A stretch of 38,908 nucleotides of DNA. Source: Chiloscyllium plagiosum (lineage: Eukaryota). The stretch spans positions 10,093,059 to 10,131,966 of the forward strand of contig NC_057718.1 in NCBI RefSeq assembly GCF_004010195.1, read 5' to 3'. A program made the position numbers and the translations under genes. Below the pieces are notes generated by a model that saw nothing but the letters and a program-made list of their open reading frames with translations, had not been told where the DNA came from and did no database searches. Positions 1 through 10,818 of the stretch are shown one piece after another. The number at the start of each line of letters is the position of its first letter. Positions within the stretch are counted from its first letter, which is position 1.

Positions 1-254
1 GCCTTCCTCATCGTCTGCTCTCTTCTGCTCTCTTCTGGCATGATTTGTGTAATAACATCGCTGAAGGTCTTGTCCAGAAAGATCTCGTTCTCTCGGATGA
101 GCCTAAGGTCTTCGGGTTCTTTCGTCAGCGCTGCAATATGCTCGGTCAATTGCTGAATGTGCACACATTTTCCACACTTATACGAGCCAGACACACTAGA
201 GTCGTTGACCTCCCACAACAAGCACGTAGCGCACTGAACCAGCTGGGCAGTCAT
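1..254 (-). mobile_element. 5' end of a CR1-type LINE: ORF1 N-terminus (zinc finger plus coiled coil), running off the left edge
   Basis: Minus-strand ATG at 254 reads MTAQLVQCATCLLWEVNDSSVSGSYKCGKCVHIQQLTEHIAALTKEPEDLRLIRENEIFLDKTF..., open to the window edge. CxxC...CxxC followed by a leucine-zipper-like helix is typical of vertebrate CR1 ORF1. The putative 5' UTR extends to ~375. Confidence 0.7.
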
Positions 255-389
255 GTCTTCACCCTCTTCAACTGTGGTGTAATCACTTCACTCAACCTCC
301 TTGTCAAAGATTCCTGAGCTGAAGCCTCACTCTTCGATCTAAACTTCCTTAGACCCTCTTTTTGTGGCACAATACTTTAGGAGGGCATC

Positions 390-880
390 CTTTAGGAAGG
401 ATGTAGAAGCTTTGGAAAGGGTTCAGAGGAGATTTACTAGGATGATGCCTGGTATGAAAGATCTGAAGAGGAAAGGCTGAGGGAACTGAGTCTGTTTTCA
501 TTGGAGAGAAGAAGGTTGAGAGGTGACTTAATCGAGATTTATAAGATAATCAGAGGGTTAGATAAGGTGGACAGTGAGAGCCTTTTTCCTCAAATGGTGA
601 AGGCTAACACAAAGGGACATAGCTTCAAATTGAGGAGTGATAGATTTAGGACAGATGTCAGGGGTAGGTTCTTCACTCAGAGAGTAGTAGGGGCGTGGAA
701 CGGCCTGCCTGCAACAGTAATAGACTCACTGACATTAAGGGCATTTAAATGGGCATTGGACATACATATGGATAATAATGGAACAGTGTAGGTTAGGTGG
801 GCATCAGGTTATTTTCACAGATCGGTGCAACATCGAGGGCCGAAGAGCCTGTACTGTGCTGTAATGTTCTATGTATCTAT
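390..880 (+). mobile_element. CR1 LINE 3' fragment (end of ORF2 plus 3' tail)
   Basis: ORF 501-791 [16 protein letters not shown]...FFTQRVVGAWNGLP is the CR1 ORF2 C-terminus. The fragment ends in a tgttctatgtatctat tail. Confidence 0.9.
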
Positions 881-1313
881 GATATGAACACTAATACTTT
901 CATATGTTAATCATTTACACGTACATATGCATAATTACACGCCTGAATATTGCTAGGAAAGAAAATTACATGGTGCCAGTTTTTTTTGTCTTGCTTTCAT
1001 CAGGACAGCATGGCAAGAATACCAAATCTCAAAGGGAATAACAATTTGTACTGCTTTCTGAAGTGGCTTGGCAAGTGGACTCTGATTGCTGGTACTGTTA
1101 CAATTCAGCACCCTCTTCTTATGCAATATAAATTGTTGTTCCTTTTGTGATTTGGTGTTCTTGCGTGCTGTCCTGATGAAAGCAAGGCAAGAAGCTTTGT
1201 CAGCAATATTCAAATTCTGTGCTGCACAGAATATGTACCTCCCTCTCCTTCGATATCTCCATTGACTCTCTTTGTCTAGTCTATCGCTTGTTCCCTGATA
1301 TTTTTTACTACGA

Positions 1314-1720
1314 GAGGGCATAGGTTTAAGGTGAGAGGGGAAAGATTTGAAAGGGACCTGAGGGGCAACAACTTCAAGAACAGCTTCGTCCCCTCTATTA
1401 TTAGACTGATGAACGGACCTCTCATATATTAGTTTTGATCTCTCTCTGCACGTTCTCTGTCGCTGTATCACTGTACTCTGCATTCTGTTCCGTTACCCTG
1501 ATGTACTTGTGTAAGGTATGATTTGCCTGGTTAGCGCGCAAAACAATACTTGTCACTGTATTTCGGTTCATGTGACAATAATAAATCAAATTAAACCAAT
1601 CATTTTCACACAGAGGGTGGTATGTGTACGGTATGAGCTGCCAGTGGAAGCGTGGAGATGGATACAATTACAACATTTAAAAGACATTTGGACAGGGACA
1701 TGAATAGGAAAGGTCAGAGA
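1314..1720 (+). mobile_element. CR1 3' fragment interrupted by the 3' tail of another non-LTR element (~1370-1600)
   Basis: gagggcataggtttaaggtgagagggg...ggggcaac breaks off near 1369 and resumes as ttttcacacagagggtgg near 1603. The insert ends in gtgacaataataaatcaaat. Confidence 0.7.
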
Positions 1721-1754
1721 GACTGAAAACAGAAACTGCTGGAGACCACATGGT

Positions 1755-3290
1755 TAGAAACAGAAAAGCTGCAGATGCTGGAATCCAAGGTAGACAAGCA
1801 GGAGGCTGGAAGAACACAGCAAGCCAGGCAGCATCAGGAGGTGGAGAAGTCAGCGTTTCTGGTGTAACCCTTCTTCAGGACTGGGGGTGGGTGTAAGGGG
1901 AGCTGCAGATAAAGGGGGTGGGAGGAGGCAGGGTGCTGATAGGTAAAGACAGGTAGAGGGTACAGCCTAGTTGGTCAATGGGAGGGATGAATCTAGTTGG
2001 TGGTTGGAAGGAAGGGTTGGTGAGAGGAATGGAAGGGAGGGGAAAAGGCTGAAAAGGAAGTCAGAGAAGGGAAGGGCGATTATTTGAAGTTGAAGAACTC
2101 AATGTTGTGTCCTCCGGGCTGTAGGCTGCCCAGGCGGAAGATGAGGTGTTGTTCCTCCAATTTGCGTTTTAGTTTGTTGTGTCAATGGAGGAAACCGAGG
2201 ATGGTCATTTCGGAAAGGGAATGGTTAGGGAAATTAAAATGGGGGGTGACTGGGAGGTCCGGTCAGCCCCTGCGGGCCCAGCTGCGATGTTCGGTGAACC
2301 GTTCCTTAAGTTTACATTCGGTCTCCCCGATGTAGAGAAGACCACATCGGGAGGACCTGATGCAGTAAACCAGGTTGAAGGAGAGGCAGGTGAACCTCTG
2401 TCTCACCTGGAAGGACTGTTTGGGGCCCAGGATGGTGGTGTACTGGCAGGTTTTTCATCTTTTTCGGTTGCATGGGGAAGGTACCTGGGGGTTTGGGGCG
2501 GGTTGGTGGGGAGCGTGACGCACACCAAGGACTGTTAGAGGCAATGGTCCTTGCGGAAGGCAGAGAGGGATGGGGAAGGGAAGGTGTACTTGGTGATGGG
2601 GGTCAGGTTGGAGTTGGCTGAAGTGTTTCAGGATGATGCGTTGAATGTGGAGGCTGGTGGGGTGGTAGGTGAACTCAAGGTGGACCTGTCTTTATTGCGT
2701 TTAGGCAGAAGGGTTAGAGCAATGGAACAGAGAGGAGTACTGTGTAGGGCTGTCTGTATGACGGAAGGGGGTAAAGCACTTTGTTCAAAATAGATGGACA
2801 TCTGGGATGCTTGGGAGTGGAATGTTTCCTCATCCGAGCAGATGTGGCAGAGGCGGAGGAATCGGGAGAACGGGATGGAATTCTTGCAAGATACTGGGTG
2901 GGAGGAGGTGTAGTCCAGGCAGTTGAGTCTGTGGGTTTATAGTAAATGTCTGTCTGGAGACTGTTGCTGAAACTGAAAATGGAGAGGTCAAGAAAGGGGA
3001 GGGAGGTGCCGAAGATGGAGCAAGTGAATTTGAGGACGGGGTGGAAGTTGTGGGCGAAGTCGATGAACTGCTCCAGTTCAGCCTGGGTGCAGGACGCTGC
3101 GCCGACGCAGTCATCGATGTAACAACGGAAGAGTTGGGACGTAGTGCCTGTACGGGTACTGAAGAGGGACTGTTTGACATAGCTGACAAAGAGACAGGCA
3201 CAGCTGGGGCCCAAGGCCACCCCCTGGACATGGAGGAAATGGGAAGAGTTAAAGGAAAAGTTACTAAGGGTGAGGACTAGTTTGGTGAGG
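1755..3290 (-). mobile_element. Penelope-like retroelement, 5'-truncated and frameshifted (RT, GIY-YIG endonuclease, terminal repeat)
   Basis: RT motifs ALGPSCACLF...FRCYIDDCVG...LPFLDL...TDIYYKPTDS (ORF 2714-3220). GIY-YIG region CGLLYIGETECKLKERFTEH (~2290-2345, -). C-terminus LEEQHLIFRLGSLQPGGHNIEF. The terminal region has a hammerhead-like CTGAAGA...GAAAC at ~1850-1880 (-). Confidence 0.88.
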
Positions 3291-3332
3291 CAGAGGGGGT
3301 CTGGATGGGTGTGTTGGAGAGGAGATTACAGC

Positions 3333-3522
3333 AAGTCAGGCAGTATCCAGGGAGAGAGAGCAAGCTAATGTTCTGAGTCTAGGTGACCCTTCATCAGAAC
3401 TCTGCTGAAGTGTAATCTATACTTGAAACGTTAGCTTGCTCTCTCTGTCTCCATGGATACTGCCTGACCCGCTGTGATCTCCAGCATTTTTTGCTGTCAG
3501 TACAGATTCCAGCATCTGCAGT
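3333..3522 (+). repeat. Palindromic Penelope-terminus-derived repeat with degenerate hammerhead cores
   Basis: Inverted arms gtcaggcagtatcc...gcaagctaatgtt / aacgttagcttgc...ggatactgcctgac. The centre is cttcatcagaactctgctgaag and the tail is ccagcatctgcagt. Confidence 0.7.
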
Positions 3523-3706
3523 GGTACAAGGATTTAGAGGGATATGGGCCAAATGCAGGCAAATGGGAATTAGTTTGTAATTATGGTCAGCGTGGTCAAG
3601 TTGGGCTGAAGGATCAGTATCCCTGCTGTTTGACTGTACCATTCTGTCTTTTCATCCTCAGTAATGTTGAAAACGAAGTTTTAAAGATTGCCTTTGCCGT
3701 CTTTAG

Positions 3707-4502
3707 GTCCAAGCGGAGAGTGCTGGGCAGGAAGGATTCTGAGGATGAGCTCAGTAAGAGTGTGCCACACTCACCCCCGGTCACCCCTACGGGCACGGCC
3801 TCCAGTCCGGGCACCATCAAGCAGGTTGGCTCCATCCAGAGGAACCTGCGCAGGTCCAGCACCAGCAGTGACAGCTTCAAGGCCTTGCTCCTGAAGAAGG
3901 GGAGCAGGGTGGAGACCGGATCCCGCATGTCGGCGGCTGAGATGTTGAGGAGCACCGACCCGAGGCACCGACCGCCCGAGTCACCGGCAACAACGGACAC
4001 AGCCCGCATGAACGGCTGGGGCCCGGCTGAGTCCCGCTCGCCGGGCCACCGGGCCAGGAACCCCCGCGAGGAGTGGGCCTCACACGAGGGGCCGGTACCC
4101 AAGGGGTCAGGGCACGCGGGAGTCCGTCATGGGCGTTCGCGCACACCCCCCTCGGCCCCCAGCAGCCGGTACGGCGCGCGGCACCTCCACCTGCACCGGC
4201 TCCACAGCAGCCCCATGACTGTCATCCGTGAAGGGGAGGTCGAGAGCCCGGAGGTCACCGAGGGTCATCGCCCTGGCGACGAGGGCCGCAGGCACAGCGA
4301 GGGAGACCTCCTCAGCACCAACGGCCTGGCGGATGCCCAGTGCAGCCAGGAGTCCAGAGACGACCACATCTCCAGCCACACGCGGCAGGGGGGCCCTGCC
4401 TCACAGAACCTTCTAGACTCGCTAAAGCGCAGGGCAGCAGACACTCTCCCTGCCCAAAGCGTTTTGGCAGAAGAAGGTGCAAACCAGGACTGGGACTCGT
4501 GA
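3707..4502 (+). CDS. NHSL1: NHS-like protein 1, last coding exon (upstream exons outside the window)
   Basis: Acceptor ctttag|G at 3705-3706. Reads SKRRVLGRKDS...SPPVTPTG...KQVGSIQR...STSSDSFKALLLKKGSR...RMSAAEML...EEWA...GRSRTPPSAPSSRY...SSPMTVIREGE, matching the NHSL1 C-terminus as I recall it. TGA at 4500-4502. The neighbour ARFGEF3 fits known synteny. Confidence 0.92.
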
Positions 4503-7260
4503 AAGACCGAGCAATAACGGAAAGAGACTGTTTTTATTCCTGTGTTTTAATTTTTGTTTTAACGTCAAGTTAATTGCAAACGGCCCCAGCCGGTTAAGGA
4601 GAAACCTAAACGCTGAAGACTCTGGTCTCGCCTGGTCCTTCAGGCTGAGCTTTCCAAACCTGGGAGACTCACCCATGCACCAAAACAGAGAGAGAGACCT
4701 GCATTTAAATAGCACCTTTCACAACCTCGGGCAACCCATGGCGCTTTGAAGTCTGCGATGCACTTTTCCAAGGTCTTGTAAAAGCAAGGGGCAAAGAGCT
4801 CCTTTGCATTGGTGTGGGATGTGTCACAGGGGAGGGGGGGGGGGGGCAAAGCTCGCTACGCAGCAAGAGGCTTTTTGTGACAGAGGTGGGCAGGAGTGGG
4901 CAATAGGCTGTGGGGTGAAGCTGGGAGAAAGATAACTTTGGGTTTGCGAGTTGACAGATGAGAGAGACAGAACAAAAAGGAAAAAGAGGCAAAGGACGAT
5001 AAGGAAAGAATGAGGGGGAGAACAATGAGACCAAGAGGTTTTTGAAAGATTTCTTTTCTGCCAGACATTCACATCAGTCTCGTTGACTTATCTGAGTGGA
5101 ACTGAGGGCGAGAGAGATGCATGGTTACTGCCCCAGGTGGATGAAGGAAGGTATGACCTGACTATGACTATAATCAAGGGCAGTCTGAAATCTCAAACTC
5201 TTAACATGGGACAATGTGAAGGAGGTTTGGAGTGTTCAGCTGACCACTAGCCTCCACCCTGAGTGGAAGGAGGAGAGGTAGTAAGTATTGGAACTTGGAG
5301 GGTTGGAACTGGAGGATGTGTGTACTTGGCGAATTATCAGACTGTAATACATTGAAGCAGCCGCATGAGAGGGCTGGTCTTTTCTGTGGTTGATAACTGA
5401 GCTCAGTAAGTGTTGTATTGTTAATGAACAGGCATGTCAGTCGGCAGGTCTCGGTGGTGTTCACACCGGGTCGCATCGGTGTTCCGTTAGCTCAGCCTGC
5501 AACAGTCGGAGTTGGTTCGAGCTACCAAGAGGATGGTGGTGAGGCAGGAACAGGTTCCTGAGGAGCAGTGGGTCGAGGAGATGCTCAGCTGCTGTTGCCA
5601 CCTATGATGGGGATTTTGGCTGGGAAGCATGGTGGGGCGGGGGGGGGTGCTACAGTCCATGCTGTGCCAAGCTGAATGCCCCTGTTGCCAAGGTGAGATG
5701 GCTGGCCACCTCCTGGGAAGGGAGGGGACAGCTGGGAAATGGGGGGAAGGGGAATTCCTGACGTTCATGAATCCATGCCAGTAGTCTCTTTTATGTCCCT
5801 CTTACTCCCATTGCCACTGGATCAGTCAAAATAGATCAGCAAGCTTTGTGACTGACTGAATAAAGCCGTTCAACCTTTTGACTTGATATTAACCCAATTG
5901 TAGCCCAGTCCTGACTTCAGCAGACCGGTCAGTGGGGGCGGGGGGGGGCAGCCAAAGTCAGTGGTTCAGGTGTCAGTAGTATCGCTACTTCTTTGACACC
6001 GGCCTTGACCCCCTTTTAGGGGCTCCCAGTCTGAACTCCCCACCTCAGTTGTTGCAGGTGGCTGGGCAGGGGTCAACATCAATGCTGGGTGTTCACTCAT
6101 CTGTATATTTTCTGGGTGAATCTCTGATTGGACTCTGCCTCAACGTGCAGAAGTTGGGTGAACTGAATCTGCCAAGCTGTTGTCACCAGGTTTGGTTCTG
6201 TACCAGATCCACGGTTAATACAGTGATAAGCAAGGCTGGCATAGATTCTGCCCAAGTCATAGCTCATTGGAACTGAAATCCTCGATAATTTAGTGAGAGC
6301 AATATCAAACAGGGATGGCTGCGATAAGATGGGGGTGTGATCTGGGTGGTCACGCCAACAGCTGTAAGTGGAACAAAGAAGGCAAGTATCCTAACCTTGA
6401 CACGGAAGGACAGAGCTGCAGGATAGACTTGTGATGCCACTCAAGTCGAACAGCTTGGGTACAGTGGAGAAGAGAGACCAGTGATGCTGGAATAATCACT
6501 CGTACACCGAGGAGGAGGAGAAAATGTGAGGGAGGTGTGGAAGAGAGTGAGAGAGACTTGGGAGACGGTTAATTGCTGATCAGGACAATATTACAGATAT
6601 ATACATGTGACTTGAATATTCTAAATCCTGTGACACTTGCTGATGTCGTTACCAAAGAGATGGAATCTTTCCTAAGGGGAAAAAAAATTGTTGCCTACAG
6701 TATTTTTTGGAAGAAACTTCAGAGAGCTTTTTTTTAAAAAAAACACAATATTTCCCTTGTTCTCACATCCTGCCACACAAATAAAGCCTTACATTTTAAA
6801 CTAAAACAAAGCACATTCACTCATGTTTGATGGTGGCACCAAAGCCCAGAACCAGTCAAAGGGAAATGATGCTTGTTACTCACATTGTGATCTTTCAATA
6901 CTTGTTTGTACATGTACAGAGATTGTCAAATGCCCTCTTCTTTTGGGAGGGGATTCTCTTTGTAAACACAACTTTTGGAAATGTGTACATTTTAGTCTTT
7001 CTTGTTTTTACATGGGATGTTTGTAGATTATTTATTTTAGTACAGAGAGCAGTGTGTGAAGCTTTCTTGTCTCCTTCCACTCTCTAATGTGCTCTGCTTT
7101 TACCAGGGCTGCAGGAAGGGGCATAGGCTCCTTTCTGTTCTAGTGGGATCTACTAGAAACACCGGGACTTTTCAGAATGCCTTTGTTTGTAGCTGGAAGG
7201 AGGGTAGCGATTGCTGTGTTTACACACTTCAAATAAAGCAACATTTTCAGCTCATCTTCA
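4503..7260 (+). other. NHSL1: Probable NHSL1 3' UTR
   Basis: Follows the stop codon. There is an AT-rich UTR-like block at ~6570-7250 and AATAAA at 5859, 6780 and 7232. The true end is unknown. Confidence 0.5.
7232..7237 (+). terminator. Candidate distal polyadenylation signal of NHSL1
   Basis: AATAAA followed ~30 nt later by GT-rich gtgtcttgtgt. Confidence 0.5.
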
Positions 7261-7497
7261 AAGCTCTCAAGTGTCTTGTGTACCTAGAAGAGATTACATG
7301 GGATTCTACCTCGAAACATTTTAATACCATTTTAGTACATTCCAAAATTCAGTGGTATTCTTCACGGTAAATGTTCATTGCACTAAAAGATATCAATTTA
7401 TGTTGCATCTTTCACAGTTTCAAGGTGTCTCAGTGCATTTCAGACATCCAAAAACTTCTGAAGTGTTGTCATATAGGAATTGCAACAGTTAATTATG

Positions 7498-7710
7498 GAT
7501 AGCATGGTGGCTCAGTGGTTAGCACTGCTGTCTCACGGTGACAGGAACCCAGGTTTGATTCATTCTCCCCCTGTCTGCATAGGTTTCCTCTGGGTGCTCC
7601 AGTTTCCTCCCACAGTCCAAAGATGTGCAGGTTAGGTGGATTGCCCATAGTGTCCAGGGACTTGTAGGCTAGGTGAAGTATCCATGGGAAATGCATGGTT
7701 ACAGGGATAC
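7498..7710 (+). mobile_element. HE1-type tRNA-derived SINE, internally deleted
   Basis: A-box-like tggctcagtgg, B-box-like ggtttgattc, and body ggtttcctc...cccacagtccaaagatgtgcaggttaggtggattg. Confidence 0.8.
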
Positions 7711-9026
7711 GGGGGGGATTTTTTCTGTGTTTCATCATCAATGACACAATCAATCATAGATTCTTAATCGGTAAGGGAATCAAGGGTTATGGACAAAAGG
7801 CAGGAAAGTGGATGTGAGGATTGTTGGATCAGTCATAATCCTATTGTATGGCAGAGCAGGCTCGAATGGCATTCCACTGTTCCTGTTTCTCATGGGCTTA
7901 TGGTTATGGACACGGATGAGATTGAATCCTTCAACCCATTCCAAAATGGTGGTGGAGTAGGGCTTCTGAGCCCAGGAATAGTCTGTGGATATGTGTGACA
8001 ATAAATAATTATTGTGAATCTTGTTCCAAAGCAGTGAATACTGTTTGTATAGTGTTGCCAATCTCTGGTTCCATCTTACAGACAAATAAACCAAAACATA
8101 AAGGCAGAAAAAAGAAGAAATAAAGACACTTGACAGGCCTTAATGTTAAGTGCTCTGTCATGGGCCTGGTGACCAGGCACGAGTTACCACCACTGGAACA
8201 AATGTCACTCTTTGGCGATATCTCACCTCCACTGATGTCTTCACCACTATGAGACCTTGTTAGACCTCACCAATGCAGACGCCACCAATGCTGGTGGGTA
8301 CTGCACCAGCCCAAACTCTAATCTACCGCTGCCATGAGTCCGCTTCAGGCCCACTGTGCTGATGCAGCCACTGCTGCCGGGTCTCATACTGCTGGGCCTA
8401 CTCGGGTTTGCACTGCTGGGCCTGCTCGAATCCGTGCTGCTGGGCCTACTCCCATCATGCAGTCATTGAGTTATAGAGATATACAGCACAGAAACAGACC
8501 CTTCAGTCGAGCTTGTCCATGCCAACCAGATTAATGGGACTAAATTAATCTGGTCCCATTTGCCAGCATTTAGCCCATATCCCTCTAAACTCTTCCTATT
8601 CATGTACCCATCCAGATGTTGTCATTGTACCAGCTTCCACCACTTTCTCTGGCAGCTCATTCAGAGAGACAGCATAGAAGGAAGCCGTTCTGCCCGTCAG
8701 ATCTTTGGTGCAACCACTCCCCTGGAATGATAGCAGTAAGTCTGATTCTGTTTAGACTGTTACTTAAGTCTTTCCTGGGATTGCACAACTAATCTGTGTT
8801 AACCAACTTCCAATTGTTAACAAGGTGTAGATTACTGAAGTCTTATCCCAGTACAACACTAAGCAAGGGCCGGTTGCATGATGAGTCTCAAGTGGGTGAT
8901 CAAATCTACAATCTTCAATCCTGAAGATGTCAGGGCTATCCACTCTAAGCCAGAGCTAACACACAGATCAAATTGACAGAGAAAACAGAGACAGCAAAGT
9001 GCAGTTTATGATGTTGACTGGCAATG

Positions 9027-9032
9027 TTTATT
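9027..9032 (-). terminator. Candidate polyadenylation signal of ARFGEF3
   Basis: tttatt on + reads AATAAA on -. A GU/U-rich element (ctttgctgtctctgttttctctgtc) lies downstream on - at ~8975-8999. A U-rich UTR-like stretch lies upstream at 9030-9430. Confidence 0.6.
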
Positions 9033-9589
9033 CTACAATACAAGCGTTATAAATACAGATCATCCCACAACTGCTTATTAAAGTGACATTCTGAACAAAC
9101 AGTATCGACAACGCAAAAATATACACAAACCGGATTTGTCTCAAAATAAATTAAGCGATAATGGCAATTGACATCCTGACCAGGCAAACATGAACTTAAA
9201 TATCTGATTTCTTAAAAACACAAGTACAATATAAATAAAAGGTGAATAAAAGGGGAGTAATTTTGCAGCGACTACAAATAGCACATGGGAATGGGCACAT
9301 TTAACAAGGTCATTTACAGTTACATGGTCAAAGGTTAACATCAGATCCAGTTTGAAATACTGTGGTGGTGAGCTGCACAAATGGACAGTTCACTGGAATT
9401 TCAGGTTAAGAGTAAAGCTCCAAATGATATTCAATCAAACTGCAATCGCCCCTCCCCATCCTGAACACACTCCCTCTCCCCCCATGTCAGGTAATAATTT
9501 GTCATCCTCCGGTTGTGTCTGCTGGACAGCTGGTAAGACTAGACAAGTCCCCTAACTGTCAGCTCAGGTAAACAACATAGCAAAGGTGA

Positions 9590-9950
9590 AAGATTGCATT
9601 TGCATATCGCCTTTCCTGGCCTAAGGACTTCACAAAGCACTTCCCAGCCAATGAAGTCCTTCAGTTATAAGATAGGAAAAGTGCCAGGCAATTTAGGCAC
9701 AGCAAGATCCCACATGGCAACAATATTAAGTGTTTTCCAAGTGTATGTGTGTGGTAGAAAAGTTGGTTGCAGGACAAATATTGCCAGGTTACCAGGGGAG
9801 GTCTTTGCTGCTCTGAAATAGATGCTCCAGAATTATTTACATCCTCCTGTCCTGGGCCTCGGTTTAATCCCTCAACTGAAAAACTAGGATTAATGCAGTA
9901 CTCCCGCAGCACCGCCATGGATCAGATGCTCCAAGCTCAGGAAGGGGTGT
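9590..9950 (-). mobile_element. Old DeuSINE/SacSINE1-like SINE remnant
   Basis: ttgcatttgcatatcgcctttc...aaagcacttc...ggcacagcaagatcccaca...aaatattgccagg resembles the reverse of a Deu-domain SINE and the copy at 27530-27810. Confidence 0.5.
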
Positions 9951-10574
9951 GCTGCTGAAGATATATCTGCCAGATTGACTCCAGGCCAGCCAGAGGAGTG
10001 GCCAATAGGCAGATAGGTCTTTTGAGTCCTTACCATTAGGAATGTGTGCCTTGCTGATTGGCAACATGTCTCAGGGTTGACAGGCAACATACAATCCCTG
10101 GTGTGATGATGCTCCTTTAACAAGGTTGTGTTGTCCTTGATTTTTTTTTCAAAATTGTTTTACCAGACCCAGGTTCTGAAATGTCAGGCTTGATCTCCTT
10201 AAAGAAGCTTTTAAGTTTTTTTTAAAAAAGTGGAGTGGCCAGTTCTCCCAGCTCAGCTTTTTTCTGGTTGGGTTTGGTTTGGTTTGGGTTTTAGCAGTCT
10301 GGCTGTTCAGAGAAGGCGATCAGTCAGTTTTTTTTTAGGCTGCTCATCAAAGAAACAGCTACATGGAAGAAGGTGTTCCATACTGAATCCCTCTGCCATC
10401 TCTCTCTCCTGTAAGACCTGTATTTGATTTTTCCTTTTTTGCCAAGGAGTGTTTACAGGGATCTTTGCAAGTGTTTGGAACAGCATCAAAGTTGGGATAA
10501 TCCGTTGAATTTTTGAATAGGTTGTTAATCTATATTCTGCTCTCTTCTGCTTGTATTTCATTCGGTAATCTTGC

Positions 10575-10818
10575 AAATAAATTCTGCTTTGTTTAAAACT
10601 AAGTGGTTGGGCCGGCTGCATCTCCCCTGGAATATCCACTCTACACCTGCTTAAAGCAATTAGCAAAGTTAGTCATAGAGATGTACAGCACAGAAACAGA
10701 TACTTCGGTCCGGGTGCAGAGAACTTTCTTGAAATGTTTTAAGCTGGTGTAGAGTGGATATTCCTGGAGTGATGTAACTGGCCCAGTCACTTAGCTTTAA
10801 ACAAAACAGAATTTATTT
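10575..10818. repeat. Inverted repeat with 81-bp arms (10575-10655 / 10738-10818) at the edge of an LTR-like repeat fragment
   Basis: Manual alignment of arm 2 with the reverse complement of arm 1 gives about 70/81 identities without gaps. Confidence 0.85.

Noticed and set aside
3474..3706. N-terminal part of the 342-aa ORF 3474-4502
   Set aside because: This is intronic read-through made of repeat tails. NHSL1 similarity begins only after the AG at 3705-3706.
3614..4379. Antisense and alternative-frame ORFs over the NHSL1 exon (similarly over ARFGEF3 at 15323-15649 and 23574-24469)
   Set aside because: These are shadow ORFs of GC-rich coding sequence with no independent support.
8280..8455. 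Degenerate short tandem repeat (gctgggcct units) with a small ORF
   Set aside because: It is an irregular low-complexity repeat fragment, not coding and not a CRISPR-like array.
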